Assembly: GCF_000181795.1 (NCBI RefSeq)
Contig: NW_003526943.1
Span: 11,584,007 to 11,648,006 of the forward strand
From: Trichinella spiralis
Taxonomy: Eukaryota
Length of the DNA stretch: 64,000 nt
Reading direction: 5' to 3'
The stretch's first letter is position 1; each line of letters begins with the position of its first letter. Shown here piece by piece: positions 11,857 through 24,500 of this stretch. The position numbers were made by a program, and so were the translations under genes. The notes beneath the pieces were generated by a model. That model ran no database searches and was not told the DNA's origin. It worked only from the letters and a program-made list of their open reading frames with translations.

Positions 11857-14800
11857 TCACGAATTGATGTAATTTTTCAGCAACGCATTGAGCAGTCTTG
11901 CTTCATAGCCAATAGTCTTTTTGCAGTCTGTAACATTTTTATGTTCTAAAGCATTACTTTTAACAGAAGGTTCAAATTTTCCATATTCTGTAAATAAATG
12001 ATACGTTAAAGCAAAGCAAAAAATGTAAGCACTTGCATTATTGACCTTCGCAGTTTTCGAAAAATATCATACATTCTTTCAAAATGCTATCACGAATTTG
12101 CAATACATGTTTCACCAAATTTTCAATCATGGATAAGAAGCAACGTTTTGCGTACAACCATGTATGAGAGCTCAGTTTTTTTGAATATGGTTCCAATGCT
12201 TTGATTACTCGAGAAATTCCAAATTCATAATTACCTTTTGAACAATAAAGTGTACTGAAATAAATAGCATATTAATATTTAAAAAAATTAAAAAATATAT
12301 ATATATGACAATAAATTCTAACAATACCCAATGACAAGATTGATGATGGAAAGATGAATGGGCTTAGCATTTGGATCCGATAAAACAAGCTTGTCCTCTT
12401 CTTTCTCCACTTTTCTCATCAATTCTTCTGCCTTGATTTAAATAATCAAAATATCATTAGCAGAGAATGAATTTGAAATAAAATAAAGATTTGTAACATA
12501 TTTCTCAAGGAATTGTTTATTATCACTAAATAAAAAAAACTTACTTCTTCGTTCTGATTTATCAAAATGTAGCAAACGCACAAGTTGGCTAAAACTATAG
12601 GACTGGCATCTAAAATCTGATGACAAATTTTCACTTGTACTGATTATTTTGTTTAATAATTAAATTAAAAATTTTACCCTGTCAAAAAATTTTTTTACAA
12701 TTGGTTCATAAAATCCTGCCGCTTCTTTAAATTTCCCTTCTTGCATGAAAAGCGTATGGGCGACGTTTAATTTCCACAGTTCATGTTCACTGCAAAATTC
12801 TACAGATTTTTGAAATATCTTTTCAACTTGAATGTAATCTGCCTGATCCCAGTAAATTTTTGCTTGTGCCATTAAAACTGGCAAATAACTGAAATTGCAA
12901 CAAGTTTAAATTTAATATAAAAGTTGAAACAGAAAAAAAATCTACAGTTCGAGAGATTCGTCAAAGGCAGCGATGGCTTTCCTGGTAGATTCTTCAGAAT
13001 TTGAATTTTGGCTATTTTGTATACGCTTTGTCAATTTACGCAAAATTTCGCTCTGCTGCTGTATCATATTGTCAAATTTGTAAAATGATTCTTCTGGAGA
13101 AGCTTGTTGAGTAATAATAGCATCCATGAAGTCGTACATATACTAGAACAATAAGAGTACTGCATTAAGATATGTTATTAAATAAAAAGTAAATAAAACC
13201 TTTAATGCATTTCTTTTGTATTAAAATATAATTTTATTGGCAAAAGCTTATTTTAAAATTTCATAAACGTATGAAGTTTTATTAGCAAATAACACCTAAA
13301 CATGCGCATCAAACAATTTGTTAAACAGTTTGATTAGTAATAGTGCTGATTGTTTCTGATTGTACTTAAATTGATTTAAATATTAAAATTGTTTTAAATT
13401 CAAATATATTAATTTAAAAATTGTACAGCTAATGTATATTTAATCGATAATTGTAATTTTACAGAAGATTGCAAATTTGAGTTGTACAATTACAATTTAC
13501 GCATTCCTAAGTGATAAAAGAAAAACAATAAATGGACGAGTGTTACCTGTGTCAGATATTTATAAGTGAGATGTGCATTTTCTGCCATGACATCCGCAGC
13601 TACGTGAAAATACTATAAAATTTAAATAAATACATCTCACAGTTGTTAAATATGAAAATCTGCGATTTGCCTTACCTCGTATTTACAATACAGTAGAAGA
13701 AGGTTAGAAAATGTTTCCGGTGGAAAATATGTCTGCTGCAACAAAAACTGTAACTTAGCAAAGCCTTCAACTGGATTTGAATCCATATTTAACAATGCGT
13801 TATTGTGCAATGTAATTGCGTCTATATCTTCCTCTTTTCTAGGAGGCATGTCAGATAATGTTTCTGCAGCTTCAGAATCTGAATAGCTCGTAATAAAGTT
13901 TTTAAAAGAATTGAAAAGAATTTCAAAAGAAGAGTTCGAAATTACAATTTTTAAGTTTGTATTCTATAGCGGCTTTCAGATTAAATGCTTCAACCAATGC
14001 AGTCCTATGCAGCGTCCATGTATTGCCCACCGAATGTACATCCAAGCCTTCAGCAGCCATACCAATACTCAATTCTGAAATTTGATTTCTTCAAAATGAA
14101 AAATTACTTCATGAAATATTTCTGAATTTATTACCTGGATGATTTTTTATCCCACTCTCTATAATTTCAGCGATGTAATGTAATGCAGGGGCGTACTGTT
14201 TGATTTTGTAATAACACAGTGCAAGATTGTACATAAGATCAGGTTGTGAACCTTCTCTGTTCATAGCATTCAAAAAATGCTCCAATGCTGCCGGATAATC
14301 TTCTTCTTTAAAGCACAAGCAACCCCAGTTTATCTGAGTACCAGTATCTTCTTGAGAACTCTGCTGTACGAGTATCTGCAAAAAAGTGTAAATATAAATT
14401 CACGCCATTTAAATAAATTTTAATTTAAAAATTAATTCATTTTTAAAATGTGTACTCGAGCACTAATAAGGTCATCTGCGGCATACTTGATTGCTGCTTG
14501 CAGTTGCATAGCGCTGTGAAGTAATTCGTTGTTTTTTATTTTTCCTGCAGCCGTCATTGCTTCATCAAGCATGTAAGAATGATAATAGCATTGTGCTAAA
14601 TATAACCTAAAATATGTTGATTACGATTTTATTTTTTGTTAAGCAAAATTTCAAAAATTTTCCAACTTTTACCTATATTTTTCATGATTTGGATAAAGCA
14701 GTGTCAACTGTCGATAGCATTCAGCAGCAGAACTGAATGCTTGTATTTGCCAGTAGCAGTAAGCTAACAAAGAAAGAGCTGCGCGATTCTAAATGCAAAA

Positions 14801-15017
14801 GCTTTAAAGACACTTCTTTTTTTTGAATTTATATTCAAACTAACATTATTATTAATGGTGAGTTGAAATGTTAAAAGTGGGATCACATCACTGTAGTGAC
14901 CTTCTTTTATCTAAAAATGAATAAATTACTAAAAAAAATATTGAGCAAAATATAATAATATATAAATACCAGAGTGTAAATTGTTTTTGTTTTATCTCCA
15001 TCTTCTATGAACTGCAT
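11857..15017 (-). CDS. TTC30: Intraflagellar transport protein TTC30/IFT70 (DYF-1/fleer), TPR protein; multi-exon
   Basis: Exons give MQFIEDGDKTKTIYTLIK, RAALSLLAYCY, TALVEAFNLKAAIEY, MPPRKEEDIDAITLHNNAL, FPPETFSNLLLLYCKYE, YLPVLMAQAKIYW, WKLNVAHTLFMQ and TLYCSKGNYEFGISRVIKALEPY. Confidence 0.96.
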
Positions 15018-15071
15018 TTGCTTAAATTGTGCGATATAATTTCTAACTTACGAATGATTGCTTTGGTTTTG

Positions 15072-15084
15072 GGTGCTTAGCAAC
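15072..15084. promoter_or_regulatory. X-box (RFX/DAF-19 site) upstream of TTC30/dyf-1
   Basis: GGTGCTTAGCAAC is one mismatch from GTTGCT-N-AGCAAC and sits 55-67 bp upstream of the ATG, the typical position for ciliary genes. Confidence 0.65.
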
Positions 15085-16231
15085 ATTAAACAAATCTACA
15101 ATCAATCAATGATGCAGATCATTCATGAGTATTAATTAAAAATTTTGCTGTGCAAAATTTAATTTCTTATTCTATAATAAACTTACAATGTCTTGTAAGC
15201 AATTACAGAATTTCGAATTCGTTTTTTTTTCATCATGATCAGATAACAAAAAAATTTTGATTATATTTCCATATTTTGATTCATTTTTATTTGTGCAATA
15301 AGCTTATTTGCACAAATTATCAGATTAAAATGAATAAAAATGATTAAAATCATGTATGCTTTTTCTTCAATTCTCCAATTTTGAAAGAATTAAATTTTAA
15401 TTTTTAATCATAATAAACCCAAGTTGAATAAAATGAAACTTTTAGGCATCAAAACGGACAACTTTAAAGTGCAAAATATTTGAAGTAGCATTTAAATTTG
15501 CATTTCTGGTAACAATTTTAGAAAGTGTTTTTTCTTTTTCATCTTAACTTTTTGCATTTAATTTACAGAACATGAAAATATGTCGTTGATTTTGTAATTT
15601 TTTATAGAACGTATTCTTCACAGGAGGATGCTTTGCTTTGTCACTTCAAAGTGACAAAAAATGCTTAATTGCTTTCCAAGAACTGGAATTTCAAATTCAA
15701 CATTTGCTTCAGTAAATTTGAGTGTAAACTTAAATGCCATAATTTGGCAGTTTAAAGTTTTCGTTGAGTGATTATTTTTGAAAGGGACAAAAAAACTAAT
15801 GTTTGCCGGAAAAATTCGACAATCAACAATAAAACACATCAAATTAGCCAATAGATTAAAAGCTGTTTTTATTTTCTTCAGTTAATTGCACACCAATACA
15901 AACAGAATTGGCAAATTTAAATTGAAAATAAATACTTTTTCATTTATTCTATTAAAGTACATTTCTACTACTGCTTTTACTTTTGAAATGATAACCTTCA
16001 TTTTAAAAAGGAAATTTGCATTCTTCATCTTTTCTGCTCCATCTATCCAGTTGCTATTGTAGTTTAAAATTTTTTCCCCCACTCCTACATGCAGAAACTA
16101 GCAGCAATGAAGATGTAAAATAGCTTTCACTTTTTCAATTTTGCATTATAATTTCCAGTAAACTGGTCTGGAATTTTTTGAGATGCTTCAGTCCATCTTT
16201 TATATCAGAGGGGTTGTAGATCATTTTGGTA

Positions 16232-17428
16232 ATGTGGTTTGCGAAAATGCATCCTATCGTTTGGTTGTTTTCTCTGTTTGGCTTGAGTTTAGCAAATTTC
16301 AACTGTTCCAACGAGCAACTTCAACAATATTTTGCTTGTCTAGAACAAAATGCTGAACATTTAGCTGAAATTCCTGATGAAATGTTAAAAGCTGACTCAC
16401 TGAAAGAAGATATCATCAGCTGTCTGCAACGGTAAAACATGCAACACACATATTTTCATCATTCATTGATACGATCAATAATTTTTCTATTCATAATTGA
16501 AGTATTTCTTTTCTTTAACTTCTAGTTACAATTTCTCAAAAATACAGTCGACGGAAATTATCCCGCAATTCAACAACTCACAAGTGGAATTGAATAATTC
16601 AACGTCAACCAATTCCAGTATTTTTTATGAAAATTCAGACCCTTTTGAAATTTACACTAAAAATTACACAAGCACTACAAATTTGCTCATTTTCCATTGT
16701 ATGAAAAATGAATTTTATAACACTTCGTTGCTCGAAAACAGCTCATTTTCGCATTTGCAAAATTTCATCAATAAACTGACAAAGGCTAACAGACTGTAAG
16801 TTTCATTTAATTTGGAAACTTATTTATTCAACAAATTAAAATATTGAAAAATTGTAATAAATTTTGTTACTTTTCATTTAGCATAGAATCCTGGAAACTT
16901 GCCTATCATGTTGCGGATATTTTGCAAAATAACAACTACACCGCTGAAGGGAACGATACTGATGGACTGTATCAATGTTTGAGAATGACTTTCAGTGAAA
17001 ATTTTTTAAATCCTTTTCAAAGACTCATAATTATGAAAAAAATCACCAACGAATTGCACAATTTGACAGAATCATGCAGTGCTGTTGAGTAAGTTGCTTT
17101 GTTTTTTATTTTTAACAATTATTGCATATTATTTTGTAATTTTGAATAGATTAAATACTTTTCTGTAAAATTTTTGAATGAAAAAACAATAAATAAATAA
17201 ATAAATTGATAAATGATGATGATAAAAATTTTTTGTTCAACAAACTAAGAAATTGAGGCAGATTTTCATTTTTGTCATTTTAAAATTAGATACCCAGAAG
17301 ATTGCAAACAGTATGCATCACAACTGTTGCATGCAAGCTGCGAATGTGTCAACTGCCATTTAGACAATATTGGTGAAATTCTAGCCGAGCAATCGAAACC
17401 TTGTAACCAAACAGCGCAGTTCAGTTGA
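16232..17428 (+). CDS. Uncharacterised secreted glycoprotein, 271 aa; exons 16232-16431, 16526-16795, 16882-17088, 17290-17428
   Basis: It has a signal-peptide-like N-terminus (MHPIVWLFSLFGLSLA), four GT-AG exons with matching phases, about 11 Cys and 13 N-x-S/T sequons. I recognise no family. Confidence 0.75.
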
Positions 17429-18514
17429 AAGCCAGAAAGAAAAAAATGCATCATTTATTTTTTTTGATATTGTTTTCATTACTTTATTTTATAATTTTCA
17501 TCACTTATCGACAGTATCTTATTGAAGATTTGTAATATTATGTGCAAAACTTGATTCCTAATTGAAACTACAAGCATTTTCCAAATGCACTCACTGACAA
17601 ATAACAATTTTAATTCGTATTGATTAATACATTTTCTCAATGAATATTTTCGAATTAATCGTTTGTTATGTGTAATTTTAATTTCTATGAAATTACTGAC
17701 TTTATGCATGATGATTGTTTTTGGAAACTTTTAACACAAATAAATTTTTAAATTTTGAATAAAATAAATGTCAGAAAAGCATTTTGAAAACTTCTGTGGA
17801 AAACAAATTTTCTGAAAGTTGGAAAAACAAAAATTCTCTAAAGAGCATTCTTTTTTTAATTTGAAATCTAAATGCGAAAATTAAATGAATTACAACAATT
17901 TTTAAAATAATATTATACATTATAATTATTAATTAATTTATTTTTTGGAAAGAAAATCAAAATGAATGAACCTTAATGCAATTGAATTGTTAATTTGAAT
18001 TATCTAAGCAAATGAATATAAAAAAGTCATTAATTTCTTACTGTAACAACTGAATTAGCTTAATTTGATGAAAAAAATATTTTTAAACTGAAATTTGAGA
18101 AATGAAAAAAGTTTTCTCTTTAAAGTAAATTTATAATGTTGTAAATAAAAGAATAAAACAATTTCTGGAAGAAACTTAATTTATTTACTTGAAAATCATT
18201 TATTTGCTATACAATAGCGAACTTATGACCTGTCTCGTCCAGCTGTTTGTTGTTGTCATTATTTTATGTCCATTTGACACGCACGGTTTGTTATTGATTT
18301 GTCTTATTATACATTAGTTGCTGTTTAATTTCATGCATCTTTCCACTGATTAACGTGTCATTTTTAAAAATTTTTAATTATCTTTTTGTATAAATTCTTT
18401 TTTTTACTTATATATAATTTTTCTCGAAAGTAAGGTTGTTTGTGTCAATTTTCTTTTTAAAAATTATATTGATAAATGTAGTGTCGAATGAAGTTTAAAA
18501 GTGCTGCCATCTAG

Positions 18515-19189
18515 ATGGATGTTTCAAAGAAAATTCATCATCATCGTCGCCTTCCTGTGGCTATCGTTCTCGTTTCGGGGAAGCGGAAAAGTGGGAAAGA
18601 TTTCATCTCATTATTGCTCAAAGAGGAAATAATGCGACGTAGCGGCGGGCGGGTTGCAGTTTATCTTGTCCATATTAGCAATCCTTTGAAACAGGAATAT
18701 GCGAAACTGAAAGGTCTCGATTATGAACAGTTGAGTGGCTCGTCAAACAGGAAAGAGCTTTATCGGAAGGAGATGGTCAAATGGGGTGAAGCTATACGCA
18801 ATCAAGATCCGGAATACTTTTGTCGCCAAGCAGTCGAAGATGTGGAAGAGCGTTGTCAGGATGTGACTGATGGGGTTATGTGGATTATCTGCGACTGTCG
18901 CAGACCAACTGATCTCGCTTATTTTAAACGTTATTACGGCTCACGGTTGGATTGTTTTTTGTGTAAGCTTCGCATTGAGGCGAGTGAAAGCATCCGAAAA
19001 CAACGCGGGTGGACGTTTTGTCCAGGAGTCGACGATGCAGAAACAGAGTGCGCACTGGATGCTGGTGTTGAATGGGATTTTATAATTGAAAATAACGAGG
19101 AAAATGATGTTATATCCAGAATTGAACAGCTTGCTACTCGCGTATTAAATGCCACTGCCCCGATGTTATGTTCTTATATAGAAAAATGA
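18515..19189 (+). CDS. PMVK: Phosphomevalonate kinase (animal type); intronless CDS, 224 aa
   Basis: Motifs IVLVSGKRKSGKDF, ISNPLKQEYA, KELYRKEMVKWGEAIR..DPEYFC, IICDCRRPTD and RGWTFCPGVDDAETECALD. Confidence 0.96.
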   Translation: MDVSKKIHHHRRLPVAIVLVSGKRKSGKDFISLLLKEEIMRRSGGRVAVYLVHISNPLKQEYAKLKGLDYEQLSGSSNRKELYRKEMVKWGEAIRNQDPEYFCRQAVEDVEERCQDVTDGVMWIICDCRRPTDLAYFKRYYGSRLDCFLCKLRIEASESIRKQRGWTFCPGVDDAETECALDAGVEWDFIIENNEENDVISRIEQLATRVLNATAPMLCSYIEK

Positions 19190-19395
19190 TGATTGTTTAA
19201 ACATGCGTTTATGCATACACATATTCCTATTTATTTATTTATTTATACGTTATATACATATGAATATACATGTATATTTATTTTACATGTTAGATATACA
19301 TATATATTGCGTCTAAGTTTTCATCGCTTGTAGAGTTTTATTGCCATTTATTAAATTGTATTCTCCATGTTTGTTTTTATTCAGAATAACTGCCA

Positions 19396-21590
19396 ATGGC
19401 GAATCCGTTCGATGAAGATGACAGTTTCGAGTCGAACTCAAAAGACAAGAATAACTTTTTGGGCTACACAAAAGAGGAGCCGGTTAATTTCGATGATATC
19501 AACTATTACGAACAGCAGATTGAAGCGGCATTGCAAAGCTCTTTGGCCAGTACAGGAAGAAGCTTGAAAGCTTTGCAAGAGTCTGAAGATATTGGATTTG
19601 CCACTGCTCAGGTAAATGAAATCATAATTTCAAAGAGCTGATTAAATTATTGAAAAGAAAGAAAAATCCATTCAATTTATAAAAGAGATTCGATTCAGTT
19701 CAATTCAAGTGACATCAAAGCAAACAATTATTCAGTAGCCGTTTTAATTAAATTCTTCTTTGTTTACTCAAGAGTAATTTCATTGGAAAATATTGAGCAA
19801 ATCTTATTGTCAGCGAAAAATGATTCCTTTGATCATGTGACAAAATACGTTTTTCACATAAAGTGTATGCAAATTTATACAAATTAGAATACTAGGTTTG
19901 TTGAGAACTTTTACCGGAAAATGAAATTTAAGAGAAAGCGGTGGAAGTATTGAATTACATTAATTGAATTCATATGACGTCGCTTGATTAACATAAAAAT
20001 ATTCATTTATTATTTAATTATAGTGATTAATTTTTGTTCGTATTTTTGAAGATAATTTCTACGGAGGTAAGGTGACGCGATTTTTCCATTGACAAGCTGT
20101 TTGATTCATCATATTCAAGGTCAATGACTTCCTTTTCTGATTGACAGGTTTATTGCTTGATGCATTTTGCTGTTGAAGACTTCGGCGCATAGAGGTGAAA
20201 ATTTTTCATGAACAATCTTACTTCAGCATTTCATTTTGATGAATAACATTTGAACACGTGTGAAATTCATCCCATTCAGAGATTTGCCATTGTGCATGGC
20301 TTCATTTGACATGAGAATTGAACATTTCGGATAATCAATTTTTAGTATTTGGAGTGTATATTTCGGCTGTTGCAGTGTTCTGTTAACTGAGAATGGGTGA
20401 AAACATGAAAAATTTATTTCCGAAAAAAATGAAAGCTGAACTTTTCAAGCGTCGGGAATACTCAATTTTGAAGCATATAAATCAAATCATTTAGCATTGA
20501 TAAGAAAGCGTTAAGCTTTTGACTTGAAATTCATTTTGTTTTTTTTCAAATAATTTCAGATTATTAATTGAAATCAATTGAATGTACAGATTAACTTTAT
20601 TTAGTCAAAAATTGTTGTACTGTAGCTACAGTAACCTAGTAAAATGATGTTTCATTTGAATATAGTTGATTTGACGACCGGGCTGTGGTTAGTATAGCGC
20701 TGTAATGAAATTGAATACAACCATTGATTGCATGTATCAGTTTATTTTATTTTACGTTTGTTCGACTGTCGAAGTATATTTTTCATTGAGTGTTTCAAAT
20801 TCAATTTTATTATTTTTTATATGATACGTGGGCAAAGGATGAAAATTTAATATTGTTTTCTTTGATATGAAAATGTTCTTCATTTGTATGTTGTTGTAGG
20901 ATCTTATAGTACAAGGTGAAAAGTTGCACAAGGTGGACAAAAAATTGGGCGATATCCAGTCGACGACTAAACAAACTCAACGCCACTTGAACAGCGTCAA
21001 AAGTTTGTTTGGTAATATCCGCAATTATTTCAACAAGGACAAGCCACTGCCTAAAGCATCCGAAGAAGAGCCGGTTGAAAAATCCGTTCGCAACGGGACA
21101 AATTTGCAATTTACGGTGCAAAGGATCAAAGATGATTCTACTGGAATATTTTCCGACAATCCCGGTACGATTGGAAGCAATGAATACAAGCCAACTTTGG
21201 CCGATTCGACTAGGCAGATGATCGAAGGCACCCGCTGGGGATCGATGAACCAAGAAATTGAAGGCAATTTAGGTATATTTACAATATATATATGTATATG
21301 TATATGTAAGTTGTGAATAATTGCATTGCTATTTTGAAATAGGATTGATGGAGAATAATTTACTCCGTTTAAAAGAGCTTGGCATAGCACTTGGAGAAGA
21401 GGTGCAGCAACAGAATGAGCTTATTGACCGTGTGGCCCGCAAAGCGGACAAAACCAACATGGTGGTCGATGATCAGAATCGACAAATGCGACGCATTCTT
21501 GGCAATGACAAGAAAAAAGCATCCCTGTTACCTTCGACCGGTTCTGCAACTGCTTCTTCAGTTGTTGGAAGGATACCGAAGCTTCCATAA
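19396..21590 (+). CDS. SNAP29: SNAP-29 (Qbc-SNARE); exons 19396-19611, 20900-21272, 21343-21590
   Basis: It has an N-terminal NPF motif (MANPFDEDD), SNARE1 (SSLASTGRSLKALQESEDIGFATAQDLIVQGEKL...QRHLNSVKSLFG) and SNARE2 (EIEGNLGLMENNLLRLKELGIALGEEVQQQNELIDR). There is no Cys palmitoylation cluster. Confidence 0.94.
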
Positions 21591-24500
21591 GAAAAGAGAA
21601 GAAAGCATAAATTATTTGAAATTAACTTGATTTATTCAGTGCAAATCTCCGGTTTGGCTTTTGTTTTTAAATTTAATGATGGATAATTTTTTTTGTGAAT
21701 AATAAATGATGAAGTATTTGTTTTCGAATTGCTTGTTCTATTTAGTCACAATTTTATCCATACAAAGATGAATTTCGATTTGGAAAATATAAAATGGAAA
21801 AAAGCAAGAAAAAAAAGATTATTATACATATACAGTTATCGATAGTTGGTTTTATTTATTTAGTGTGTTTGTTCGATCGATTCACAATTTTGTGTATTGT
21901 ATAACTGGACAATTTTTCCCATTCACGTAAAAGTGAATAATTAATTAACTGTTGGAGAAGGTTTGTGAATGGAGCGTTGAAGTGTCGTCGTGTGATTTAT
22001 CAGATGCAACCAACGTTTCTAGATGTACAGTTGAAAAGTAAGTGGACCGTTTGATCATTGTATGATAAAATATGCAACTTGTGTTTGATCTTTGAAAAAT
22101 TGCAGCTAGTCAGTCGTCAGCAGTGATGACAGATGTTATTATTAAATTCAGCATTTCCTGTTGTTATTATTTTTACAAACGTGATCGTCTCTATTTCTCT
22201 CTCTCTGTCTCTCATGTTCTGTATGTGTATGATTTTGGCTAATTGATGATGAACACTGATTGATTTCTGGCGCAACAAACTCTGACCAATGGCAAGCAGC
22301 AACAACAACAACAACAACAACAGCGCACAATCATGATCATCAAAATTGCATATCATCATTACCGTCACCAATCGATCGATATTCACTACATACGCAGTTT
22401 TTATATTAATTGCATTTTTATGACAACTTTCCAACCCGGAAACAATAGACGACTTTGAAAAAGCATCAACAAGCCTGCACTGTGCATTTCTACCCCTCTA
22501 TTATTATTATTACTGCAGGTGAAGTTCCATTATTCAAATTTCCAGTATATTTTATTTATACAATTTAAAAGAAAAATAATTTTACATTATAAATGTTCAA
22601 CTATTATTTCTTAATTTTGTTGTTGTGTTTTCACCACGAATTTCAAATTTTATTCAATTTTTCTAAATTTCTCCTAGAATTTTTTCAAATATTAAAACTT
22701 CATCTACTTCTGATAAATATGATTTTTGACACATGGCAACAAATTTCTTTGTTTTATATCAACTTTTTCAGTAAAAATTTAAATTTCTATTTAAATCCAT
22801 TTTCAAATAGAAGAAATCTCCATTTTTGCTTTAATTGTAATAGTATTGTTGTTGTTGTTGTTGTTGTATTTTTGACATGACCTATTAATAATGAATTTAC
22901 AAGCAAAAATTAAAGCACAATATTCACATTAACCACTTCGTAACATGCTTGACAACTTTTATTCTTGTTCTTTTTGAATTTCATTTTTATAATCTCTATT
23001 TTAGTTAGTGTTTCTTTTATGTACAAAATTAACTTTTAATATGCTAATGAATTTTCAAATTGCGAAACCCCTTTCAATGACAAGCCAAATTTATTATAGA
23101 TGTAAGATAGATGCCATGATACTTTTTGAAACGAATACAGCCATACAAGCAGTATATTATACCAATGGCTAACTCTTTGTACAATAGCATAAATATTAAT
23201 TAATAATATCGGTCTTCTATTATGATATTATTCTGTTGTGAAATCTTAAACAAAGAAATGATATTCAATAATGAGAAGAAAATCCCATTTTCAGTTATTA
23301 ATCAATAAACTGGAAATTTATTAAAAACCCCTCAACTCCTCTCAAAGTGCTAAAGTAAGAAGCATATTATCTATTTATCTATCTAATAAAGTCCAAGCCA
23401 TTGAAAATTATTTTTCTAATATTATTCATTTCGCTCAAATTTTATATTTAAAATAAAAAACTTTTATCATGTACAAAAAACAACCTGTTGTTCTAAAATG
23501 TAATGTTTTTCTTACTGAAAAAAAATTATTTAAAACTGCAGATAACACGAGTAAAATGTTGCGTTTTTCTTTTTTCTGAACACTGCTCTCTTTCGAATCG
23601 AGAGTAATGACCTGACGTGATAAATAATTGAAAAAATTGTTTAATAATTATTCTAAATTACAAAACATTAAACATATATATATAGCTAAGATATAATAAT
23701 GAAAATGCAACTTGCAATTCAGATTTGCTCTTTCTCAAAATTAGCAGGTAAAAATAATACTAGTACCGTAAATGTTGCAAAGCTTTGTTTAATATATGCA
23801 AAAAAAAAGTTTACGAAAAAACTTCCAATCACTTTAAAATGTCTGTAGTATTTAAAATTAAATTTTCCCTATCAAACTAGTCCAACCAGTATGCTCGTTA
23901 ATTATGAAAAGTTTGTTAATTTACAGTTATTTGAAATTTACAATCAATTCACCACAAGTCAAAATGAAAAATGTTTATGAATAAAATTGAATATCCACCA
24001 TTATTCTTTGTTATTAAAATTATTTTCTCTTTGTCATATTGTTGAACTTGAATTTAATGATGAATTAAAAAAAATTTTCAAATACAAATAATATAATTGA
24101 AAAGCTCTTTCATTTGCAACGCTTACATTATTGAGTAGCTAAATATTTTGCTACAACTTTTGACGTCAACGTTCTTATTCAATGTCAACCGTCGTCGTTC
24201 ATTATTGTTTTTTTCTCGCTTATTGATCGCCATAATCATATTTTTCTTCCCAAGCCAATCTTGAACAGGTAATTTGGATTTTTTTGAATTTAAATTATAA
24301 TAATCTATTCAAACGAAATTTTAATGTTCAATTTTATTCGATAAACTGTACGTAAAAACACTATCAAATCTTTTTTACACTAACAATTGAACAATGCCAA
24401 CGTGAATGATTAAAAAAAATTTTGTATCTCCCAGTTTGTTTTCATAATCAACTGCTGCATCTTTCTTTTGTTACATTTTATTACTGCAAAAAAAAGTTGA

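Noticed and set aside
20060..20410. Coding-like stretch on the minus strand inside the SNAP29 intron
   Set aside because: All frames are interrupted by stops within ~45 codons and I recognise no homology.
22117..22434. 105-aa minus-strand ORF with a poly-Leu signal-like stretch
   Set aside because: The poly-Leu and RE runs derive from (AAC)n and (CT)n microsatellites, and there is no splice-consistent model.
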